Assembly: GCF_006345805.1 (NCBI RefSeq)
Contig: NC_043013.1
Location: 40,424,001-40,488,000 of the forward strand
Length of the DNA: 64,000 bases
Source of the DNA: Octopus sinensis
Lineage: Eukaryota
Direction: 5' to 3'
Below are positions 50,317 to 62,917 of this stretch, piece after piece. The position numbers and the translations under genes are program-made. Positions within the stretch are counted from its first letter, which is position 1. Each line of letters starts with the position of its first letter. The notes under the pieces are model-generated. The model was not told the origin of the DNA and ran no database searches. It worked only from the letters and a program-made list of their open reading frames with translations.

Positions 50317-51187
50317 CCCTGCAATATACAAAATAATCTAAGTACTTTTTTAATACAATTCCTAATAATATTTAATTATAAAAATATAATAGGAATTTTT
50401 TTATACATCGAATGGCTATGAGAGACCACCAGAGTGAAATAAGAACCAAAATAGGGGACGAGGGCACTCACATATATCAGTGTTATTGAGAGACAGCAGA
50501 GACACATAGCTTCAAACTCTGGTCCTGCCAAAGCTTTAAAAGAAAGGGAGATTTCTGGCGCGACTTCGTGAAACGCATCTCGGTCGCGGTCACTTGAAGA
50601 AATTCGAGAAACTGTAGATATTTATCTGAAGAATGTTATTAAAAATGCCATAAATATATAACAGGAAGAGCAACTAGTTATATATGAATTATGAGTGAGA
50701 GAGAGAACGATGCGTCAGCAATAAATTCGCAGCAGTTGTGTTTTTAGTGTTTGCATGTCTAAAGAGATATTGTAACAGTAGATAAGCCTTGAAAGGGTGC
50801 TCGTGTACGCAAACAGGGAAATAGGAATATGCGTGTTTTGTTATTGAAAGCAGAGAGAAATAAGTCTCCTATCCCTCTACACAACTTCCCCAGCTTGCTA
50901 CTGTTTTCTGGTTCTCTATAACACTTGTTGCAGCCTAACTAGTTCTCACGATTAGTTCTGGAGATTCTGTTGCATTTAATATATGTACTCGTGTGCGACT
51001 ATGTTTGCTTGAAAAAAAAAAACGAAAAAGGGCATATATATATATATTGCTAAATACACAAATTGCAATATGTGTATGTATGTAGGTATCCATGTATAGA
51101 TGTATGTATGTGTGTATACAAACACACACACACACAGACGGGAAAGTAAATTTCGAATGCAGTATAACTGTGCAATGCACACACACG

Positions 51188-51252
<65 letters not shown>

Positions 51253-53044
51253 ATATATGTATATATATATGTATATATATGTGTGTGTATGTGTGTATAT
51301 ATATATATATACATACACACAGACATATGTATAAGTATGTGCGCATGTACACCTCAAACACACACACACACACACATATATATGCGACATGTCAAGACAT
51401 GTTTATAAAATTTATATGTATACACATGTATTATAATTATACATGTATTTATATGTTGGCATTATACACACATGTTAAAAATAACGATGCATTCAGTTAT
51501 TTATATTGATATAAAATTTCTGTACACATATGTTGGAGTGGATTCTGTAATGGGAGCAAAGATTTGGAATTGCAAAAATAGAAACAAAAAAAAAATAGAA
51601 ACATCAAGTAATAAAATATAAAAAAAAAAAATCATGTACAAAACCAGCATCAAGTTGGTACAAGTCTGATAATATATCATCTGTCTCAAGTAGTATTTTG
51701 ATTGTAATAGTGTTTACTATTTATGAATCACTTAAACTCTAGTCTTTTTTAGCTACTACTCTTAGTATACTATATTTTTTTTTACTTCATATGAGTTTAA
51801 TTTTACTGATATCCTATGGCGTTACAGATACTATTAAATTTTGCAAGATTTAAATGTGGACAAGTCGCGCCTTAGGTAATTGCTTCTCTCGGGGACAGGA
51901 TACAGACCACCAGTGGGGTTGTGGAAATTATAAAGAGGTGAACAAATTACCATGTTTAATAAGATTAAGATGGTTTTTAAATTCGTCCATCACCATGGCA
52001 CTGAAAGAAGAAATTATATAGATTCAAACTATGTCTTAATAAAAACAAAAAGTAGGAAGGACAAGTTTTTTGTGAAGAAGGGAGAGGCTGACATTTTTGA
52101 GTTTCAGAATCATTATCTGGGATCTCTAATGATTTCATATATGAATGACGTCACCACTTTGCATTTACCTCCTGTAAAATAAGTCAGGTTTTATGCTTGT
52201 GTAATGAAAGGCTATTGAAATGTGGTGGTCAGGGAAAATGCGGCTGTATATCCTCGAGATGAAATGAGTCGCTAATTTTATGTGGTTCATTGGTTATGTT
52301 TAGAAAAGCAGAATGGTTATAAATTCAGTAATGAAGTCACCTTAAAGTTTCAACTGAAATCAAATATATCAGCTCATTAACTTTTTTTGAAACCAGTATT
52401 GTAAACTAACAAGAACGAAACTGCAATAACAATTCTTTGAAGTACCAGCACCACTGCACTGAAACAATAACAACACTACGACAGGCAAGAACACAATTGC
52501 AGATAAAACTTGTAATTGCCATCAGATACATTTTACAGTTAATTGGGGAAACAGTTGAATACTCTGACAAGTTGTGGATGTGTAGCTTAAACATTCACTT
52601 GAAGCAATACTACAGTACTACAACTAAAATATCCTTGAATAATAAAACTGTCAGCTCACGAGCCAAGAAGGCATAAATACTATAAAACTCCTCTTCACAC
52701 ATTTCGGTTGATGTACTGTACCTAATATACATTTTGGTTGAGGCGGCAAGGTTAGCACGCCGGGCGAAATCCTTAGCGGTACATTTAGTTCAGAGGTACC
52801 CAATGTGGGCAGTACCTCCCCCAAAGGAATACTGGAGCATGTTAAAGGGGGCGTCGAGGGAGGCGTTGAGCGGGGCAGTGAGGTAACAATTCTTTTCTAC
52901 TCTTGGCACAAGGCCCAAAATATTGTGACATGTTGTTTAGTTTCAACTCAACACTGATCGTGTGTTCCAGCCATGGCCATCCACCATCACTTCAAGCAGT
53001 GTATCTAGGACTACATGTCGATGTTACCCGACATGTCCTTCCTT

Positions 53045-53760
53045 TACAAGAGTGGGCTGAAAAGTTCATAGTCTGATTACGAAGAAGCACTGATAGAGTT
53101 ATGAACTCAGAACGTAAAGTCAGATGAAATACTGCTAAGCATTTCTCCCGGCGTGCTAACATTTCTACCAGCTCACTGCCTTAAGAGTTGCAAAATATTG
53201 CATTAATTTCAGTTCTTAATAACTGCATTGTCTTTTTCGAGGTAACCTGACATCTGACTGCTCAAAGAAGACTTCAAAAGCAACCAGTAGTGACTTATCT
53301 CAAAATTGGACGAAATTTGGCATCGTTGTGTTATCAAGTACCTGCAGAAAAATGGTTTAACCTTCCCCCAGAACATTTATGTTGACATGGTTGCTACAAT
53401 TAGAGGATGACTTTCCAGCTTTATGAACAGTGCAAAAGTGAGGAGCTTAATTTGGGGTGGGGTGGAGGGAAAATTTTGAAGGTGACCCAGTGTCTGGTCG
53501 TCCTGCAACTGCCACCACCAAGGAAAACGTTGATCGTGTTCACCACATAGTGCTGGATGAGAGGTGATTGACTATAAATCAAATAGCCAATGCTATTAGC
53601 AGAGCCTATGTGAGAGTTGAGAATATTCTGCTCAATGAACTTGGTATGACGAATGTTTCTGCTCGGTGGGTACCACATCTTACACCGATCGAAAGCGCAC
53701 TAGGTTGATCACATCACAGGAAAATCGTATGATTTTATGACGGTTGTGCTTCTGATACTA
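53045..53760 (+). mobile_element. Older mariner remnant next to which mariner copy B inserted
   Basis: TIR-like tacaagagtgggctgaaaagttcatag. EGDPVSGRPATATTKENVDRVHHIVLDER*LTINQIANAI..LLNELGMTNVSARWVPHL contains the mariner WVPHxL motif. Confidence 0.75.
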
Positions 53761-53976
53761 TATGTGTCTTGCAGGTTGAGAAACTGTATAGAGGGCTATA
53801 TATCAGGTTGTGTAAAATATAAGCAACGTTTTGAACCACGAAGAATTTGTACCGGATTTTTGCAGAGTTTTGAATTGTTTTGAAACATTTTTTTGAAATT
53901 GTTTGATAATATAGATACGGACTTACCCAAATGCATCAATAAATTAACATTGATTTTTTTTCCCCGTTGTTACAAT

Positions 53977-55429
53977 CATTTGTGACCGAGTTGATCGTGA
54001 AATTTGTTTGTGCGAAAGGTTAGTCAAAATTGTATTTGTTATTAATTGTGTCTTAAGACACTTGTTTTTGCTGCCTTACGGCAGTTTTGTTAACGCTGTC
54101 TCCCTTGTTTGAAGGGTGAAGCGCTATTAAAATAGAGAGAATGAGCTACTCAGACCTGTTGTCGTTTAAGGAGGTGCTGGTGGCATGTCTAGACGAAATA
54201 GAGAGGCAAAAAGGAACAGTTTCGTAGAGGCGGTGAGACAGCAGTCTGAAGATGTGTGTTTAGAGGGAATTGAAAGATTCCAAGAAATGATAAAAAGGGA
54301 GAGGAACAATGTCAAGGTGTCTCCTCCCAGGGAAACTACCGAAAGGACATCAAAAAGAACCGTGTTATATAGAACATACAACGTAAGACTGCATCGGATA
54401 GAGGTGGCTACGAGAGGTGAAGTGGAAAGGGGTGTGCAGCCCATTTGGAAAGAGGTGGATTACCTAGCTAAAGGAAGAAAGTTCGCAACGGTGGAGGTGC
54501 GGTTTGCGTCCGAGGCTGTGGCCAGGCAGCATGCCGTTACTCCCCTCAAGACGGAGGATGTGGTCCTTCTACTCATTTACCCTGGAAAACGTGCTTCTCG
54601 GGGTAAGGGTAGATGAGATCCCCCCTCCTGAGGTGGATGTTGCCTGGCTGGTAGCTGCCATCCTACTTGGTATGGAGGATCAGAATTGTGATCCTCCAGG
54701 TAAAAACGAGTGCCGAGAAGAAATTGGCATGGGCAGGGCCTGGAAATGGTGATCCAGGCCGCCCTGAAATATCTAGAAAGGACGGTCGACGGGGACATCA
54801 AGTTGAGAGTCATGGTGGAGGTCAGGACGCCCAGGTGTTTTAAATGTGGAGGGAAAAGGTCACATTAAAGCAGAATGCCTTCCACCCAGTGCAAAAGAAC
54901 CAAGAGAAAAATTCGCACCTCCATCTCTGGCGAAGTCGTCTACAAGCGAGGAGGAGCCTGGGAAGGATGAAGAGCAGGAATGGACACAAGCTAAAAGGGG
55001 GAAAACTAAAAAAAGGTCTGAGGAAAAAATGTGAAGTCTCACTCCATCCCATGCTATTACACCCTCCCCCTGCAGTCACCAACCGCCCCTCTTTCCCTCC
55101 TGACACAGACAATAACACAAATAGACTAGTGCCCAAAACTCTCTAACCCTAACACCGAAAAATATTTAATGGAAAAGTGTGGGACAGAAACATTGGACAT
55201 AGGCGTACCAGCAGACGCAAGTAATTTGCCGCCTAAGTTAAACTATCTTAATAATAAGTTTGTAAAAAAAAAAGTGTAAATGAAGTCACTCGGATGTAGG
55301 GTCGAGTGGCTTCATTCCATTTCATTATTCATATTTACAATTTTCCCATTCGTTTGTTTTTTTACGTCCCCACTTATATGTTTGTATTTGTCCCCCCTGT
55401 ATTTAATCCCATGTGGGTATTAAAGAAAT
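53977..55429 (+). mobile_element. Tx1-clade non-LTR unit 1, copy B (ORF1-only element)
   Basis: Starts catttgtgacc directly after tgttacaat (53968-53976) and ends cccatgtgggtattaaagaaat directly before tgttacaat (55430-55438). No ORF2 sequence recognisable. Confidence 0.85.
54185..55034 (+). pseudogene. Gag-like ORF1 with CCHC zinc knuckle (frameshifted)
   Basis: MSRRNREAKRNSFVEAV...; near 54837-54880 one frameshift restores CFKCGGKGHIKAEC (C-x2-C-x4-H-x4-C). Ends with WTQAKRGKTKKRSEEKM*. Confidence 0.75.
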
Positions 55430-55438
55430 TGTTACAAT

Positions 55439-58400
55439 CATCGTTTTGTTTGTGCGTTGTTCGAAATGTTTGGTATAGGTTTGTAATATTTGTGGATATT
55501 TTGTTGAATTTACACTGTTGGATTGTTACGTTAACTTTTTGTTTAGTGTTTTTTTTTGTGTAAAACATAATTTGTCTGCTTGAGGCAGTCGCTTGTTAAC
55601 GTTTTCCCCCTTGTACGAAGGGGAAAAATATAGTTAATTTTTTGTGAAGAAATGCACAAACATGGATGAATCTCCAATCAAGTTGAAAACTGGGAATGAA
55701 CCTGGTACAAGTTCAAGTTCATGGAAGAATACCAAAAAAAAAAAGACAGAAAATAGCACAGGATTAAAAAACATACCGTCCGCAGAGGATTTCTTGCAAG
55801 GAAAAAAAAAGGAAGCAATTTTGCAGAAGCAGCCACTATTTCAAAAGGGTCAATTAACTGTGGAAACGATGAATTAGGAAAATATAAAGGAATGTTGAAA
55901 AGGGAAAGGAGCAGAATTGTGATCACTCCTCCCAGTGAAACAACTCCTAATGCACTACGGTGCATTAGATAGTCAGTGATGAGGGCATTGTGTGGTGCCA
56001 TTATTAACAACAAATAGTGGTATGTCTCAAAAGAGCTATAAAATTCGAGTCTATTAGGTACAGGAAAGAGTTAGTGGCTAAGAAAAATAGAATAAAAAGG
56101 GATTTAGCTAGCGTCCAATACGAAGCACTGGAATCAGGCTCCGCGCTTCGAGTTTTAACTGCGAGAATGGTGCTTAACCATCACCGCGTGGTTAAAAACG
56201 AAGGATGCGTAGTCAGGGCTAAGCAACATGCAATGGGACGGGAAGGAATCAAAGCCGCGGGACGAACCCGTGTGATAGAAACCCAACGTGACAATAATGT
56301 CACTATAAGGTGTTTGATGAATAATCAAGGGAACTTGGTAAACAAACCCGAGGAGAGGTGTAAGGTCTTTCAGGAGCATTTCATCCTGCTTTTCGGGAGG
56401 GGCGGCGGGCCGGAATGGAGGAGGAATCTCACGGACTTCCTCGCTGGCATGCTGCGTCACTCTGGGCTGGAAGTGGAGTGCTGTGAGGGGCCGATCACAG
56501 CTGTAGAGGTGCAGGAGTCTTTGCTGGACTGCGGCGGGGACAAGTCGCCGGAACTAGATGGTCTCCCCTACGAGCTTTGGCATGCGTCTTCACCAACTGG
56601 CAGCAGAACGGGTTTATACACAGATCTGTGAGCTGGGGAGTGGTGATGCTGCTTAGAAAGGACCCGAACAAGAGGTATATTATAGATAATTTCAGGCCTA
56701 TCATTCTGCTTAACGAAGAGCTGAAGATTTTGGCCAAGGTTTTAGCAAAAAGGTTGGCACATGTCTTGGGTGGAATCGTCGGGGAGGTACAAACTTGTGC
56801 TGTTTCTGGCAGATCCATACACGACGCTTTCTACGCTACACCTTAAAGAGGGTTAACAGGTCTCTTAGCAAGAGTGGGGCGCTGGCCCATTTAGACTAGT
56901 TCAAAGCTTTTAACAGGGTTGACCATCGAAATCTGGTGCTGGTCCTCGCAGCATTCGGACTCGGCCCCGTCTTCCGTGGGTGGATCATTGCTTTATACAG
57001 CAACACTGACTTGATCGTTCGGATGAACGGGTTCTTCTCGAAGACGTTCAACATCAAGCGCTCTGTTCGTCAAGGGTGTCCTCTATCCCCACTTCTGTAT
57101 ATGTTGACTCTAGAGCCCTTACTGCGGAAGGTGGAGGGTTTGAGGGGCGTCCCACGCGATCTATGTTGCAGTAGGAAGGTTTCGGCGTACGTGGATGACG
57201 TCACCATCATCGTGTCCGAGATGGTACACCTACAGAGGGTAGGCAAAGCCATTAAGGACTACGAAACGGTAGTAGGAGCAAAAGTTAACCGGGTTAAGTC
57301 AGTCGGCTTGCAACTCGGCACCTGGAGAGGCAGAACAATACTTCCCATCAACGTCGTAGGGCGGTGGACGGAGGGGCCGGTTAAAACGCTAGGAGTTTGG
57401 TTTGGTCCAGTCTTCCAGATAGAGAAGAATTGGAGCGAGATGACGAGTAGGGTGACCCACTTAACACAGACCTGGTCTGAGCGGCGGCTGTCTCTGAAAG
57501 GAAGGGCGGAGGTCGCGGGTGTGTTTATTGCCTAACCGTTTTTCCTTGCCCCCGTTCGTGGCTGATCATGTTGGAGCGGCTGCTCCTCAGCATTTTGTGG
57601 AGGGGCAGGAGTCCTCTTGAAAAGCGCTCTATCTGCTGCCAGTACCCGCTAAAGAGTGGACCTAAGATGCCTTGGCAGTTGATGCGCATATTGCACTGGG
57701 GCTGAGGCACCTGTGGCTCTACATGGATAGTGAACAAGTGTGGTCTCCGTTCGTTCGGTTGTTACTTCCTGTGCTTACTAGTTTGAGTGAACTAGGACCT
57801 TGGATCAAGTGTAGACCAAAGTTGGGTGCTTTGGCAAGCGGAATGTCGTGAAGCACCCAAGCTTCTCTGTCACACAGGCAACACCAGCGGCGGGGGTTCC
57901 ACCTCGTCTTTCTATAGAGAGTTGGTAGAGGCTCAATGTGACAATGTCCTGGGGAAGACTCTCGGCTTCGGTGAGGATCAAGTAGCCAGTCTGTTCCGAA
58001 GGACATTCGGGCCAGGACCCTTGGATAACTTCCAAGGATCACTGGTCTAGCAGTGTTACGGCGGAGCCTTACCAGTTCGCGATAAACTCGCAAAGCATGG
58101 TGCCCGTTGTGCCCCCACGTGTCCAAGATGCGAGCAGGACAGGGAAACCGTTCTGCACGCAATTATGCAATGCCCCAAAATCTCTGAGATGTGGGTTTAC
58201 GTAGAACATCTGTCACGTATGGGAAGAGTACAACTGTCTTCCGAGACGATTGTAAAGATTGTTCCTCCTGCCTCTTTTAAGAAAGGCAAGGCTTGTTTTC
58301 TTGCTGTAGTTGCTATAGCGAAAGAAGCGGTATGGAAGACCCGCGTGAAAGGAACGCTGACAGGCACATTCATCTCTAGCCTTGGCCTGGTCTGTTAAGT

Positions 58401-58738
58401 CATCTATCACCTTAAGAGGAAAATAAGGGTGGAGAGAAAATGCCTGTCACCTGATGTATATGGAAAAAGATGGAAGGCTGTGGCGAGTTTGTTGAGAACG
58501 AATGAACCCACACAGTGTATCCATAAGGTTATACTAAAGGTTACAGTGATGGCACGGGGCTAGCGGGGCCGAAGCAAAACCCGTCCACCACTTCATTGTT
58601 TGTGCATCTCTTTTGTTTATCATTCGATTATATAAATTTTTAACTTTTCATCTCTGTGTAAAAACCATACGTACCATCGACCCCTCCCTCATTTGTACCG
58701 TCCCTGTATTTTTGTTCCCCTGTGGGCAATAAAGAAAT
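55439..58738 (+). mobile_element. Tx1-clade non-LTR unit 2 (RT-bearing, lacks APE endonuclease and most of ORF1)
   Basis: Starts catcgttttg after tgttacaat and ends cccctgtgggcaataaagaaat before cgctgttacaat (58739-58750). Confidence 0.88.
55950..58525 (+). pseudogene. L1/Tx1-type ORF2 reverse transcriptase (stops and frameshifts)
   Basis: KSPELDGLPYE; NFRPIILLNEELKILAKVLAKRL; FKAFNRVDH; SVRQGCPLSPLLY; SAYVDDVT; KTLGVWF; C-terminal CPRCEQDRETVLHAIMQC. Homologous to 47258-48207. Confidence 0.9.
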
Positions 58739-61279
58739 CGCTGTTACAATAATCTGAAGTAGAACTGTCAAAGCGTGATATTCGAGCAATTTTGCTATTC
58801 AACTTCAAAAAAGGACTTAAAGCAGCTGAAACTGCTTGCGATATCAACGAAACATTCGGTGAGGAAATGACCAGTGAGTGGTCAGCTCTAAAATGGTTTA
58901 AACGATTTCGCAGTGGAGACCTGAACCTTGAAGATCGTGAGCGTAGTGGACGCCCATCTGTCATCGATGACGGTCAATTAAAGACCGTCTTTGTGAAAGA
59001 TCTACGGAAACTACTCGAGGACTGGCAAAAGAACTTCAAGTTTGCCAGAAAACTGCCTGCAACCATTTGCATGCGATTGGAAAATAAAAAAAGATCGACA
59101 AATGGATACCACACGATTTGAATGAAAATCAGAAAATGCGCAGATTTGAAATTTGCTCGTTGCTTCTTCTCCGTAACCAGTCGTGTACTGCTGGACTCAC
59201 CCACTATAATTTCTTAAACCCTCAAAAACCATTTCTGCAGAAACATATTGACATGAAAGAAAAACTGCTACTACTCCGTCCCAGACTGGTCAACAGAAGA
59301 GGGCCAATATCATTCATCATGACAATGCTCGACCACATATTTCCCTAATGATGCTCCAGAAGTTGAGGGAACTTGGCATCGGAGTTCTTCTCCACCCAAC
59401 TTATTTCCCAGACTTTTTCCCTACCGACTACCCCTTCTTCAAGTACCTTGATTGTTTCTTGCGAGAGAAGGAGTTCAAAAATCAAGCTGATGCTGAAAGT
59501 GCGTTCAAAGAGTTCACCAGCACCGGAATAAACAAACTTGTAACTCGTTGGCAAAAATGTGTTGATTGTAATGGTACTTACTTTGATGAATAAAATTTCC
59601 GCATTGTTGAAATATATTGCGATGGATTTCATGTTTCAAAACGTTGCTTACTTCTTACTCACCCTGATACATATGGGGGGGGGGTTCAGAGGACATTGTC
59701 CAGTGTCAAGCTTTTAATTATAGGTTTCTAAAACATTTAGCTACGTAACATAGAGAGATTTTGCTTGAGATATTTGCACGGGACCTATTAAACATGAACA
59801 CAACTACAATATCATTTATTTGTTTCATTCTTAACTAATGCATTTATTTGGGTTGCGAATTTTGGTGATATCAGTTGCTTTTAATAGTCATTCGTTAAAA
59901 ATGTTGTCATATGTTGGAAATGCGTAATAACATCTAACCATTGTGTAAGAATAAGTTACAGAGGTAACCGCCCCATTGTTACTGATGATGCTTTGCACAT
60001 TCCCAATTCAGTTTCCCTTAACTATATAGCAACTACTATTTCAGAATATACTAAATAATGAATTCTAATGGGCGTAATCAAGTGGAAGACATTCTTGAGG
60101 TTAAGGGAGGGAATGACTTAGTTTAACATGGAATATATGTTGATTAACACGAAAATAATTTGAATAAACAAAAGGGATAGACGATGGGTTGTGGCTGTGA
60201 ATTCATGTGATGAGTTTTGCGTCCTTGGTTCTTTGATATTGTAGTTGTGTTCATATTTAACTGGTCTTTTGAAATGTGTTATTTTTCGATTCGTTGGGTC
60301 GGTTATTGAGACTTTTCGTAAATCTGAAATTCCTCTCTATGGTTATTTCCGGACGTTTAGAAACTAAATATACCCAACACGTTTCAATTTCTAGTCGACG
60401 CCGTGCTTTATTTTTGCTTATTTGTCGAATTAGCTGACATCATCTAATTAAAAGAAAATTCTGGTATGGGAGGTTAGACTGCCCAGGTTTCTATGTTCTT
60501 TGTTATCAGTTGCCAAAGACGAGAGAATTTGTTATTTAATGGCTTTCAATTTTGACATTGATTCATTCTTGAAAGTTAGAACTGAGAGCAAAATCCACTG
60601 GGACTTGATGTCTCATAGTCTTTCTTTCTTTCTTTCTTTCTTGCTTGCTTGCTTGCTTTATTTCTTCCCCCCACCTCTCATGTGTACATGCGTGTTGTGC
60701 ATACGTGAGGGTGGGTCGTATATGGGTGTATATACAAAAGAAATTGCTTAATTTGTTGATTTACTTTCTAAATGAAAAGTGCGTCATTCCTAAATTTTTG
60801 TACCAGAGAAAACGCGACCTGTTTCCATTTTCTGCACTTCTCACCAATAGAAACATTTTCTACTCATATGAACTAAAATTAATATCATTCAATAGTCGCT
60901 ATGAATAATATGGAATAAAATAGTTAAAATATTCTTATGGCCTTGAAGGAATGACACATTCGACACCGTTGATATTTTATAACAATATTTGGGTGCCTTA
61001 CAAGGCGGCTTGTTGGCAGAATCGTTAGCTAGCTCAGACAAACGCTTCGGGGTTTTTTTTTGTTAAAAAAAAAAACGCTTCCATTTCGTTAAAGCATCGT
61101 ACAAAATACTTGTAGCGATTAGTTACGTCCCATTGCGTTGCCATTTCAAATCTCGCCGAAATTAGCTCTGCTTTTCATGTGTTGCGGAATTGTTAAAGTA
61201 AAGTAACTGGAGTTGATTTAGTATATCTGTAAAGTATCGTACATGTAAATGGAATTGTAATAGAATACAAAGACAATTA

Positions 61280-62167
61280 CGAGGTGGTATCAAAAAGCTC
61301 CCGGACTAGTTCTGTAGCGCGCCAATTGATGGCAGCACACGGTTGCGTGCGCAGTGAGAGCTAGCAATGACCTTGATGAGGCAGTGTGCCGAGTGACATC
61401 GCTGTTTACTTCGCAAGTTGTGAAATCTGTGTTTTTGAGATCGCGTGTATGCTGTAGTCTGCAATTTTTCTCATGGACAGGAAGTCGGAACAAAGAGCCA
61501 ACTTGAAATTTTGCGTTAAACTGGGGAAGTCTGTTACAGAACATGCTTCAAAGACGAAACATCAGTTGTCATAATGGAAAAGCCCTTCATCTCCACGACC
61601 GAAGAAGGCATGACAGAGCAGCAGCTCAGTTAAGAGCATGCTCATCGTGTTTTTCGACATCCGTGGTATTGTGCATCGAGAATACGAACCCCAGGGCCTG
61701 ACCATCAATCGACAGTTCTGCTACAACGTTTTGAAGCATTTGAGGTAGGACGTCCGTTGGAAGCAATCGGATTTGTGGAACGCGAAGAATTGGATTCTTC
61801 ATGACGACAACGCACCCTGTCAATGAGCTCTCCTCACTCGTGAGTTTCTCGCCAAACGCAACATGGTACGACTTCCGCACTTGCCCTATTTGCCAGAGAC
61901 TTCCATCTCTTCCCCCAAAATGATGGATGCAGCTCAACGGTCGCCGTTTTAACACCGTTGTCGAGGTCCAGAGCGAATCGCAGAAGGTCCTCAAATCACT
62001 TGCGGAAAACGACTTCCAGGCCGGATTCCAAGAGTTGCAGAAACACTGGTACCGGTGTATTGCTGCGCAAGGTGACTATTTCAAAGGAGATTATTTAAAA
62101 TTGATGTAAATAAGTTCTTTTTTGTTATTAAACATAACTAGTCCGTGAACTTTTTGATAGAACCTCA
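61280..62167 (+). mobile_element. Mariner element, internally deleted, both TIRs present
   Basis: TA-flanked TIRs cgaggtggtatcaaaaagctcccggactagtt / aactagtccgtgaactttttgatagaacctca. Remnants KSMLIVFFDIRGIVHREY, WILHDDNAP, HWYRCIAAQGDYFKGD. Confidence 0.88.
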
Positions 62168-62199
62168 TATTAACTGATATAGGCCGTTTAAATTGCATA

Positions 62200-62722
62200 C
62201 AGGGTATCTTTTCCTCCATACAAAGGTGCTACTCAGCATAGTTTCCATCTCAGCTGATGCATTTGCACTTCGTTGGACTCCACTCTCGTATATCCTTTGA
62301 AAAAATTCAGATGTGCATTGTGGCACTCACTTCTTTTCAGAAGTGGGTACAACATTCCCCACTTTCACCACCTCGGTGTCATCAAATCTCTCTCCTCGAA
62401 GACTATTCTTCCTTGGACCAAAAAATTAGAAACCAGAGTGCGATAGATCCAGGCGGTACCACTGACCACCTCAATTCACCGATCGTCTGGTTTGTTGCCA
62501 AAGATGAGTGTAGTTGCATATTTTCATGGTGAATGTGTACCGTTTTCAAATTCTTGTTCGCTTTTTTCCCCCACTTCTATTGGCTTCTCTAAGCTTTTTG
62601 TACCGCTCGCTGTTCACGGTATGGACACGTTCCAGAAAATCATGAAGAATAATCCCTTGTCATCTCCTAAACAATTATCACGACTTTCTATGCCGATCAC
62701 TGGCTCTTTAACTCCTTAGGGT
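62200..62722 (-). mobile_element. Mariner transposase C-terminal remnant (different family)
   Basis: Minus-strand fragments DDKGLFFMIFWN/LHDFLERVHTVNSERY, ATNQTIGELRWSVVP, DLSHSGF*FFGPRKNSLRGERFDDTEVVK, KCIS*DGNYAE*. Confidence 0.6.
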
Positions 62723-62917
62723 TTTGAGAAGAGTTGTGGTACACGCATATAATCACACACATATATCACTACTTTTTGCAGTTTCAAGCTTTCAAAATTT
62801 CCTCCACAAGTCATTAGTCTACAATAGCCTGTTGGCTGTCAACTGACCATTGTAGAAAACGCTTTGTGGTTTAGAATCAAACTTAATTAGCTACACAGCC
62901 ATGCATTCGCCCTCGCC

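Larger units (their letters stand above)
53803..59667 (+). mobile_element. Mariner (DD34D) element copy B carrying two tandem Tx1-type inserts
   Basis: TA-flanked TIRs (53801-02, 59668-69) of the same family as copy A. Transposase remnant from ~58760. HDNARPHISLMMLQKLRELGIGVLLHPTYFPDFFPTD has 34 residues between the two D. Confidence 0.92.

Noticed and set aside
51995-52009. atggcactgaaagaa resembling the 5' part of miR-183/263-family miRNAs
   Set aside because: The 3' half does not match and I see no flanking complementary arm for a precursor hairpin.
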